This document shows positions 55,801 to 64,000 of a DNA stretch of 64,000 bases, one piece after another. The DNA is from an uncultured Verrucomicrobiae bacterium (lineage in GTDB: Bacteria > Verrucomicrobiota > Verrucomicrobiia > Limisphaerales > Palsa-1400): positions 1,120,001 to 1,184,000 of the forward strand of contig OY969763.1 in assembly GCA_963702845.1 (NCBI GenBank), read 5' to 3'. A program made the translations under genes and the position numbers. How positions within the stretch are numbered: position 1 is the first letter of the stretch; every line of letters starts with the position of its first letter. The notes beneath the pieces were generated by a model. The model was not told the DNA's origin, ran no database searches, and saw nothing but the letters and a program-made list of their open reading frames with translations.

Positions 55801-57057
55801 GCCGTCACAAGCGACACCGCGACCGTTACAGTGAATGACCCTGGAATCAGCGTTCAGCCAGTCAACGTGGTCGCCACCACGAAGAGCAACATTACCTTCA
55901 GCATCACTGCTGGTGGAACTGGCCCGTTAACCTATCAATGGTACTTCATCAAAAACGGGACCACGACGCCTAAGAAGATGGTGAAGAGCGCGACCATCCC
56001 GGCTGTGACCAACGCCACACTTAGCATCAACAACGTAGCTGGCGCGGCTAGTGGCGGTTCCTACTACTGCACCGTGACCAACTCGCTCCACGCCGGAACG
56101 GTCAGCTCCAACGCGACCCTGACGGTTTACGACGCTCCGTTGGTTAAGATTGCTCCGCCCAGCAAGACGTTGCTGGCTGGTTTCAACTACACCATGGTAG
56201 CCAAAGTGACCAAGGGAGCGCTCAATCAGACCTTGAGCTATCAATGGAACAAAAACGGCAATGCCATCAGCGGCGCGACCACCTCGACCTACTCGCTGGT
56301 GGATGTTCAGACCCCTGACACAGCGGTATACTCCTGTGTGGTGAGCAACAACTCACCGACAGGCGGTTCGGCCAGTCTCTCCCTGACGGTGACTCAAGAC
56401 ACTGAGGTTCCCAAAGTGGTGCTCTTGTTGAAGCCAACGGACATGGCAGCCAAACACGCGTTGACCACTAACGACGTCCCCGTTGATCCGACCGGAACCA
56501 ATCACGCGCCTGATGTCGACTTCCTCGGCAAGGCAGTGGATAAAGGTTTGATTGTGTCCGCCTGGGTCAGCAACGCCGTCAATCAGGCGGTGTTCCCTGC
56601 GACATTCGTGAAGAAGGTGACCGACCTGACGGCAACGAACACCGCGGCCGGCAAGCCAGCATTCTTCCTCTCACACGTGAGCATGGTAGATGGAACCAAC
56701 ATCTTCTGGGGTCTGGCAACGGACTCTGATGGCAACACGAGCACCACCACGAAAGGCACGCACATGTTCTTCATTGCCAATCCGCAAGCGCTGACCCTGG
56801 CGACCAGCGGAACTGGCCGTATCACCTCGGTAACCGACGCGACCTCGAAGAACTGGGGCAACCCGACCAACACAGCGGTGCTGGCGGTAGGCCACAATTA
56901 CACGATAAAGGCCACGCCAATCGGTCACCTCGTTACCTTCCAGAAATGGACCGTGTCAGACAGCACTGGCCCATTGCCCGATCAACTGGCCAATCCGTTG
57001 ACCTTCACCATGTCACTTGGACGAACCAATACGGCTGTGTTCTCCAACCACCCGTAA
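49806..57057 (+). CDS. Giant Ig-repeat surface protein (~2400 aa) split by three frameshifts (about 50735, 54447, 55401)
   Basis: Signal peptide; many P.I..QP...YQWKK...DAGSY I-set-like repeats. A golvesin/Xly-CBD-like segment (GNYDVYEWH...GGQW...IADGIRL) and a DUF5011-like segment (YSDPGATASD...ATDLSGN). Domains continue across the frame changes. Confidence 0.85.
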
Positions 57058-57074
57058 TTAGAAATTGAATACAC

Positions 57075-57107
57075 AAAAGGCGTCCCGCGCGAGCGGGACG
57101 CCTTTTT
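57075..57107. terminator. Bidirectional Rho-independent terminator (copy 1)
   Basis: AAAAGGCGTCCCGC-GCGA-GCGGGACGCCTTTTT. Confidence 0.9.
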
Positions 57108-57427
57108 GTTTTTCGTTGCGAGTTAAAGCCGGTAGAGCTTCAATCTTTCGTTCCGCAATTAATTACCTTCAACAACCTTGGCCGAGCGCGACTGCGTCGC
57201 TCGCTTGCGTTGGTTTTCGTCGAGAATCTTTTTGCGCAGGCGCAAGTTCTTTGGCGTTGCCTCAACGTATTCATCGGCGCTGATCATCGGCGTTGATGTA
57301 TTCGAGCGCGCGCTCGAGCGACATCTTCAGCGGAGGAGGCGGCCAATCCGTTGACCTTCACCATGTCACTTGGACGGACCAATACGGCTGTGTTCTCCAA
57401 CCATCCGTAATTAGAAATTGAATACGC

Positions 57428-57460
57428 AAAAGGCGTCCCGCGCGAGCGGGACGCCTTTTT
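57428..57460. terminator. Bidirectional Rho-independent terminator (copy 2)
   Basis: The same hairpin, in the second duplication unit. Confidence 0.9.
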
Positions 57461-57511
57461 GTTTTTAGTTGCGGATTAAAGCTGGTAGAGCCTCAAGTTT
57501 TTGTTCCGCAA

Positions 57512-59350
57512 TTAATTACCTTCAACAACCTTGGCCGAGCGCGACTGCGTCGCTCGCTTGCGTTGGTTTTCGTCGAGAATCTTTTTGCGCAGGCGCAGGT
57601 TCTTTGGCGTTGCCTCAACGTATTCATCGGCGCTGATGTATTCGAGCGCGCGCTCGAGTGACATCTTCAGCGGAGGATCGAGTTGAATGCCCTTACCGTC
57701 ACCTTGCGAACGCATGTTCGTGAGGCGTTTCGCTTTGCAGGGATTTACCGGAATATCGTTTTCACGAGCGTTTTCGCCGACAATCATGCCCGTATAAATC
57801 TTATCACCCGGCTCCACCATCAAGCGACCGCGTTCCTGAACCATGTTCAATGCGTAAGCCATTGCTTCGCCATCTTCCATGCTGACGAGTGAACCGTTCT
57901 TGCGCGCCTGAATATCGCCGCGATCCGGACCGTATTCGTGGAATAGATGCGACATAACGCCAAGACCGCGTGTCGCGTTGACGAGATCGGTTTCGAAACC
58001 AATCAAACCACGCATCGGAATCAAAGCTTCAATCGTCACGTCTTCCCCGTGATGGTTCATGTCTTTGATGTCCGCTTTACGGCTGGACAAGTTTTCCAGA
58101 ACCGAACCCATGGCGTTCTTCGGAATTTCCAGGAAAAGCTTTTCGATAGGCTCAAGCAACTTGCCGTCCTGATCCTTCTTATAAATAACCTCCGGACGCG
58201 ACACTAGAACTTCATGTCCCTCGCGGCGCATCTGCTCGACAAGAATCGCGATCTGCATTTCGCCACGACCTGCGACGTTGAAGATATTCGGCACGTCGCT
58301 GGGCGAGATGCGCAATGCGACGTTTGTGCGGATTTCCTTGTTCAGGCGTTCCCAAATATGGCGCGCCGTCACGAGTTTGCCGTCCTGACCCGCGAGCGGT
58401 CCGTCGTTGACGGCGAACTGCATTTGAATCGTCGGCGGATCAATCGGCACAAAGGGCAGGGGAGCGCGGTCGTCTCGGTCAGTGATCGTTTCACCAATGA
58501 AAACGTCTTCAAAACCGGCGATACCAACGATGTCACCAGCGTGCGCTTCCTGGATTTCGATACGTTTCAAACCTTCGAAATGGAAAATCATCGTGACTTT
58601 GCCGACGGTCTTTCGGCCATCACCGTGCAGGCAGGCGGCGGGGTCACCGATCTTTACTTTGCCAGCGTAAATCTTACCGAAAGCGATACGACCGAGATAA
58701 TCAGAATAATCGAGATTCGCTACGAGCATCTTGAACTCAACACCCGCATGCGCACGTGGCGGCGGAATATGTTTCACGATGGCGTCAAAAAGCGGCGCCA
58801 TTGTGTCGGTTTTATCTTTGATGTCGATTTTCGCATACCCATCTTTGGCGCTGGTGTAAACAACTGGGAAATCCAACTGCTCATCCGTGGCGTGGAGCGA
58901 TACGAATAGATCGAACACTTCATCCAAAACGCGGTGCGGGTTAGAATTGTCGCGGTCGATTTTGTTGATGACCACGATGGGCTTCGCGCCCGCTTCCAGA
59001 GCCTTGCGAAGCACAAAACGCGTCTGCGCCTGCGGACCGTCCGTCGCATCAACCACCAGCAGCACGCCGTCGATCATGTTCATGATACGCTCGACTTCGC
59101 CGCCGAAATCCGCGTGTCCTGGGGTATCTACGATGTTGATGTGAAACTCTTTATACTTAAAAGCGGCGTTCTTGGCGCGAATGGTGATGCCTTTTTCACG
59201 TTCCAAATCCATGGAGTCCATGATCCGTTCCTCCCCGGAAATGGCCTGATTGGCGCGAAATGTCCCGGACTGTTTGAGCAAACAATCCACCAGGGTCGTC
59301 TTGCCGTGGTCAACGTGTGCGATAATTGCGATGTTGCGAATATGTTCCAT
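57512..59350 (-). CDS. typA: Translational GTPase TypA/BipA
   Basis: [47 protein letters not shown]. Confidence 0.98.
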   Translation of the reverse strand: MEHIRNIAIIAHVDHGKTTLVDCLLKQSGTFRANQAISGEERIMDSMDLEREKGITIRAKNAAFKYKEFHINIVDTPGHADFGGEVERIMNMIDGVLLVVDATDGPQAQTRFVLRKALEAGAKPIVVINKIDRDNSNPHRVLDEVFDLFVSLHATDEQLDFPVVYTSAKDGYAKIDIKDKTDTMAPLFDAIVKHIPPPRAHAGVEFKMLVANLDYSDYLGRIAFGKIYAGKVKIGDPAACLHGDGRKTVGKVTMIFHFEGLKRIEIQEAHAGDIVGIAGFEDVFIGETITDRDDRAPLPFVPIDPPTIQMQFAVNDGPLAGQDGKLVTARHIWERLNKEIRTNVALRISPSDVPNIFNVAGRGEMQIAILVEQMRREGHEVLVSRPEVIYKKDQDGKLLEPIEKLFLEIPKNAMGSVLENLSSRKADIKDMNHHGEDVTIEALIPMRGLIGFETDLVNATRGLGVMSHLFHEYGPDRGDIQARKNGSLVSMEDGEAMAYALNMVQERGRLMVEPGDKIYTGMIVGENARENDIPVNPCKAKRLTNMRSQGDGKGIQLDPPLKMSLERALEYISADEYVEATPKNLRLRKKILDENQRKRATQSRSAKVVEGN

Positions 59351-59456
59351 TATAAAGAGCCGCGTAATGTGCCTTGTCCTGCCAAAAGGTCAAGTTGCGA
59401 TACGGATATCGCAGTTCCTTAACATGAGGCTTAAACTGATGTAAATTAACGCTTCC

Positions 59457-62400
59457 GTGCAGTCGTTCCATTTTCATCCGGTCATTGCGCGGTGGTTTGA
59501 GCAAAAGTTCGGCTCGCCCACCGACCCGCAGCGTTGTGGTTGGCCCGCAATTCAAGGAGGTAAAAACGTCCTCATTGCCGCGCCGACTGGTTCCGGTAAA
59601 ACCCTCGCTGCATTTTTCGCGTCCTTGGACCAACTTTTCCGGGAAGGTTTGCAAGGCGATTTGCCCGATGAAACTCGCGTCATTTACGTCTCCCCACTGA
59701 AAGCGCTCAGCAACGACATCCACAAAAATCTCGAAGAACCTTTGGCCGGCTTGCGCGCCGCACTACTCGAAAGCGAAGGTCGCGACGTTCCCGTTCGCGC
59801 CGAAGTCCGCACGGGTGACACCTCCGCCGCAAAACGTTTAGCGATTGGAAAAAGACCGCCGCACATTCTCGTCACTACACCCGAGTCGCTATATTTACTG
59901 CTCACCTCGCAATCCGGCCGAAAAGTGCTGGGAACTGTCCGCACGATAATCGTCGACGAGATCCACGCTCTCGTCGGGAACCGCCGTGGCTCACATCTGG
60001 CGCTGAGCATGGAACGCCTCACCGCGTTGGTTAAACATCCTCTCCAGCGCATCGGCCTCTCTGCGACGCAAAAGCCTATCGAAGAAGTCGCCCGCTTCCT
60101 GGTCGGCACAAAAAACATCGCCCCCTCCGGAAAACCCAACTGCACCATCGTCGATTCCGGCTACGCGAGAAAAATGGACCTCTCCATCGAACTCCCCGGT
60201 TCACCACTCGAAGCCGTGATGTCGACTGAAGTCTGGGGTGAAGTCTACCAACGGCTCTGCCAATTAATCGACGAGCATCGAACAACATTAATTTTCGTCA
60301 ACACCCGACGGCTCGCCGAGCGCGTCACGCATCAATTAGCCGAACGCCTCGGTAAAGACAAAGTGACGTCCCATCACGGCAGCCTTTCCGCCAAGCTCCG
60401 TCTCGACGCCGAAAACCGCCTTAAACGTGGTGAACTAAAAGCGCTCGTCGCCACCGCTTCGCTCGAGCTCGGCATCGACATCGGTTCCGTCGACCTTGTT
60501 TGCCAAATCGGTCCGACCCGGTCCATCGCCACCATGCTTCAACGCGCCGGCCGCGCCGATCACCGTCGCGGAGGCATGCCCAAAGCCCGTTTATTCCCGC
60601 TTAGCCGCGATGAACTCGTCGAAACCGTCGCCACTATCCACAGCATCCGCCGCGGCGAACTAGATGCCATTATCATGCCGGAAAAGCCACTCGATGTTCT
60701 CGCCCAACAAATGGTGGCCGCTGCCGCGTGTGAGGATTTAACTGAAGAGCAACTCTTCGACATGATGCGCGCCGCATATCCATATCGGAATCTCGCCCGC
60801 GAAGAGTTCGATGAAGTCCTGCGCATGATCGCCGAAGGCTTTACCACTAAGCGAGGCCGTCGCGGCGCATTGATTCACCACGATGCGATCAATCACCGCA
60901 TCCGCGCCCGTCGCGGTGCGCGTTTGACTGCGCTCACATCCGGCGGCGCAATTCCCGACAATGCCGATTATCGCGTCGTCGTCGAACCTGGCGAAACCTA
61001 CATCGGCACACTCAACGAAGACTTCGCGATAGAAAGTTTGGCCGGCGATATTTTTCAATTAGGCAACGCTTCGTGGCGAATCCTCCGGGTCGGCACCGGA
61101 GTTGTGCGAGTCGAAGACGCCCACGGCCAGCCCCCCAGCATGCCTTTCTGGCTCGGCGAAGCTCCCGGACGCACCGCCGAACTTTCCCAGTCGATTTCTG
61201 ATTTACGTGAACACATTGCTTCCACCCTCTCCGCCTCAGGAGGAGAGGGTAGGGAAGAGGAAGCCGTTTTTTCGGCTTTGAAGAATGAGATTGGTCTAAC
61301 CGATGCAGCCGCGCGCCAACTCGCGAACTACTTCGCCGAAACCTATAAATCTCTCGGCATAATCCCATCGCAGAAAACTTTGGTCATCGAACGTTTCTTC
61401 GACGAATCCGGCGGGATGCAACTCGTCATCCACTCGCCATTCGGCATTCGCGTCAATCGCGGCTGGGGCCTCGCGTTGCGAAAACGTTTCTGTCGCTCGT
61501 TCAATTTCGAACTGCAAGCCGCCGCGACCGACGACGCCATCGTCCTCTCGTTGGGAACAACACACTCGTTCCCGCTTGAAGAAGTGTTCCGTTATCTCAA
61601 CAGCAAAACGGTTCGCGACATTCTCATCCAGGCGCTGCTCGACTCACCGATGTTTCCCACGCGCTGGCGGTGGAACGCCTCACGCGCGCTCGCGCTTCCA
61701 CGACATCGCAGCGGTCACAAAATTCCTGCCGCGCTGCAACGGATGGAATCGGAAAACCTGCTCTCCGCGGTTTTTCCCGATCAACTCGCCTGCCTCGAAA
61801 ACATCGTCGGCGATCGCATCGTGCCGGACCATCCGTTGGTGAAACAAACGATTGACGATTGTCTTGTCGAGGCGATGGACATTGATGGGCTTATTGAGGT
61901 TCTGAAAAAAATCGAAACCGGCGCAGTGAAATGCATCGCGCGCGACTTGCCCGAGCCATCTCCGCTTGCGCATGAAATTCTGAACGCGAAGCCTTACGCG
62001 TTTTTAGATGCCGCACCATTGGAAGAGCGTCGCACTCACGCTGTTTACACGCGGCGTGCGGGCCAAACTTCAAATGATCAAGGCCTCGGAATTCTTGATG
62101 CGGCGGCAATCGAAAAAGTATCTGACGAAGCGTGGCCGCGCGTCAGTAATGCGGACGAATTGCATGAAGCGTTGCTTCTCATCGGCGCGATGAGCGATGA
62201 GGAAATTAAGCGCACCGCTTCGAATCGTGAATGGCTCGACTCGCTAGTCGCTGACAAACGCGCTGGTCGTCTTTCGAATGGTTTTTGGATTGCCGCCGAA
62301 CGGCTGCCAATGTTGCAAACCGTTTTTCCAAACTCGAACACCGAACCTTCGTTGATTCCGCCGATTGCCGAACAGAAAAAACAATGGGAACAATCGGACG

Positions 62401-63812
62401 CAATCCGCGAGCTGGTCCGTGGCCGCATGGAAGTCATTGGTCCAACCACCGCGCCCGCTTTGGTCAAGTTTTACAATTTAGCGCAGACACAAATCGACGC
62501 CGCTCTTCTCGCGCTCGAAGCCGAGGGATTTATTTTGCGCGGCAAGTTCAATCCCGATGCCCAGGATACAGAATGGTGCGACCGTCGTTTACTCGCCCGC
62601 ATTCATCGTCTCACTATCAACCGCCTGCGCGCCGAAATTCAGCCGGTCACACTCGCTGAGTTCCAGCGCTTCCTGCTCTCCTGGCAACATGTCGATTCCG
62701 AGAATCGCGTGGAAGGTGTTTCCGGCGTGGACGCCGTGCTGACGATATTGGACGGTTTTCAAACGCAATCAGCCGCGTGGGAACCGGAACTGCTTGCGTT
62801 GCGCGTCAAGGAATACACGCCGCAGTTGCTCGACCAACTGTGTTTCACCGGCCGTTTCGGCTGGGGACGTCTCGCGCCGGCCCAGAATAAAAGCGGACGT
62901 TCGAACGGGCCGATTCGCTCCAGCCCGGTTTCTATTTTCTCGCGGAGCAATGCAGCCCATTGGCTCGCGTTGTCGGTGCCTGTTTCCGAGCCTGACTATT
63001 CGTCCGATACGAAACTCGTTTTAGAAACACTGTCACGCAGCGGCGCGTTGTTCTTCGGCGAACTGACAAAAAAAACCGGCCTCCTGCCTTCGCGTGTTGA
63101 GCAAGCGTTAGCTGAACTCGTCGCCAACGGCCAGGTCACCGCCGACAGCTTTGAAGGTTTGCGCGCGCTTTTGATTCCGAACGAAAAGAAAATTCCATTC
63201 GCCGACAAACACCGCCCGCGCCATCACAAGAGTGTCACCAGCGTTGAGTTCGCCGGGCGTTGGTCGCTGCTGAGGAGCCCGGACGATCTCGTCTGCAAGA
63301 ATAAGGAAGATGCGGACGTAACCGTCCACGCTCCTGACGAAGCCATCGAATCATTCGCGCGCACATTGCTCCGTCGCTACGGTATCGTCTTCCGTCGCAT
63401 GATCGAACGCGAATCTCTGAACGTTTCCTGGTTCGAACTTGGCCGCGCCTACCGTCGACTCGAAGCGCGTGGCGAAATCCGCGGTGGCCATTTCGTCAGT
63501 GGCGTGAGCGGAGAACAATTTGCATTGCCGGAAGCGATCGGACTGTTGCGTTCAATCCGTAAAACTCCAGCGAAAGGCGAACTGATCACCATCAGCGGCG
63601 CCGACCCATTAAACCTCGCCGGCATCCTCGCTCCCGGACCAAAAGTAACCGCCATCACCTCGTCACGAATCCTCTTGCGAGACGGTGTCCCAATAGCTGC
63701 GTTAGAAGGTGGAAATGTAATCGTGTTCGATCGTGAAGTCTCGCCATCAGAAGTTGAACGAGCGTTGAAGGTCGGAAGTTTGCCGCTGACGTTACGCCCG
63801 TATTACTCGTAG
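59457..63812 (+). CDS. lhr: Lhr-like ATP-dependent DEAD/DEAH-box helicase
   Basis: APTGSGKT, SPLKAL, DEIH, LSAT, ATASLELGID, and a long C-terminus with GEIRGGHFV. Confidence 0.92.
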   Translation: MQSFHFHPVIARWFEQKFGSPTDPQRCGWPAIQGGKNVLIAAPTGSGKTLAAFFASLDQLFREGLQGDLPDETRVIYVSPLKALSNDIHKNLEEPLAGLRAALLESEGRDVPVRAEVRTGDTSAAKRLAIGKRPPHILVTTPESLYLLLTSQSGRKVLGTVRTIIVDEIHALVGNRRGSHLALSMERLTALVKHPLQRIGLSATQKPIEEVARFLVGTKNIAPSGKPNCTIVDSGYARKMDLSIELPGSPLEAVMSTEVWGEVYQRLCQLIDEHRTTLIFVNTRRLAERVTHQLAERLGKDKVTSHHGSLSAKLRLDAENRLKRGELKALVATASLELGIDIGSVDLVCQIGPTRSIATMLQRAGRADHRRGGMPKARLFPLSRDELVETVATIHSIRRGELDAIIMPEKPLDVLAQQMVAAAACEDLTEEQLFDMMRAAYPYRNLAREEFDEVLRMIAEGFTTKRGRRGALIHHDAINHRIRARRGARLTALTSGGAIPDNADYRVVVEPGETYIGTLNEDFAIESLAGDIFQLGNASWRILRVGTGVVRVEDAHGQPPSMPFWLGEAPGRTAELSQSISDLREHIASTLSASGGEGREEEAVFSALKNEIGLTDAAARQLANYFAETYKSLGIIPSQKTLVIERFFDESGGMQLVIHSPFGIRVNRGWGLALRKRFCRSFNFELQAAATDDAIVLSLGTTHSFPLEEVFRYLNSKTVRDILIQALLDSPMFPTRWRWNASRALALPRHRSGHKIPAALQRMESENLLSAVFPDQLACLENIVGDRIVPDHPLVKQTIDDCLVEAMDIDGLIEVLKKIETGAVKCIARDLPEPSPLAHEILNAKPYAFLDAAPLEERRTHAVYTRRAGQTSNDQGLGILDAAAIEKVSDEAWPRVSNADELHEALLLIGAMSDEEIKRTASNREWLDSLVADKRAGRLSNGFWIAAERLPMLQTVFPNSNTEPSLIPPIAEQKKQWEQSDAIRELVRGRMEVIGPTTAPALVKFYNLAQTQIDAALLALEAEGFILRGKFNPDAQDTEWCDRRLLARIHRLTINRLRAEIQPVTLAEFQRFLLSWQHVDSENRVEGVSGVDAVLTILDGFQTQSAAWEPELLALRVKEYTPQLLDQLCFTGRFGWGRLAPAQNKSGRSNGPIRSSPVSIFSRSNAAHWLALSVPVSEPDYSSDTKLVLETLSRSGALFFGELTKKTGLLPSRVEQALAELVANGQVTADSFEGLRALLIPNEKKIPFADKHRPRHHKSVTSVEFAGRWSLLRSPDDLVCKNKEDADVTVHAPDEAIESFARTLLRRYGIVFRRMIERESLNVSWFELGRAYRRLEARGEIRGGHFVSGVSGEQFALPEAIGLLRSIRKTPAKGELITISGADPLNLAGILAPGPKVTAITSSRILLRDGVPIAALEGGNVIVFDREVSPSEVERALKVGSLPLTLRPYYS

Positions 63813-64000
63813 CTGCCGGCGTGAGGAGTCGGACCGAATTTATTTTCCCGTACTACGCATCACTACAAACCATGCCGTATTATTCTTATCATTCCCGGCC
63901 AATGTGAACCACTTGCCCGGGGCGAGAGAATGTTTGCCATGGCTGACCTGCTTGCCTTTGCCGATGCAATTTACTTCAATCCAATTACTGCCAAGATTCT

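Larger units (their letters stand above)
56988..57677. repeat. Diverged tandem duplication (56988-57337 and 57341-57677)
   Basis: Each unit contains the Ig gene 3' end, the terminator and the typA 3' end. Confidence 0.95.

Noticed and set aside
49806..57057. Programmed frameshifting or phase variation in the split genes
   Set aside because: No slippery heptamers or long simple-sequence tracts at the breakpoints.

Overview
A bacterial chromosome segment. The gene content (prepilin-like H-X9-DG protein, DUF1549/1553, giant Ig-repeat proteins) suggests Verrucomicrobiota, probably Pedosphaerales-like; this is inference. Housekeeping genes (hpf, recF, rfbA, mnmE, pckA, typA, an Lhr-like helicase) flank an accessory tract at about 16.4-57 kb. 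The tract holds: (i) a signal-peptide-bearing RHS toxin locus (large partner protein, RHS with a GIY-YIG/URI-like tip, Imm26-like immunity gene); (ii) a RAYT-type HUH transposase bounded by a perfect 20-bp inverted repeat, whose ends recur between unrelated cargo genes; (iii) several secreted proteins that share a C-terminal F/Y-F/Y-R-L/F tail; (iv) a TMTC-like glycosyltransferase between two paralogous Ser/Thr-rich Ig proteins; and (v) a repeat-rich non-coding region around a small HTH gene. Other oddities are a 72-bp palindrome that supplies the signal peptide of a 10-heme cytochrome and a diverged 350-bp tandem duplication at the typA 3' end. Several long genes are split by single-base indels that look like sequencing errors. 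I found no rRNA, tRNA or CRISPR array. All family assignments come from motif recognition by eye, not from database searches.
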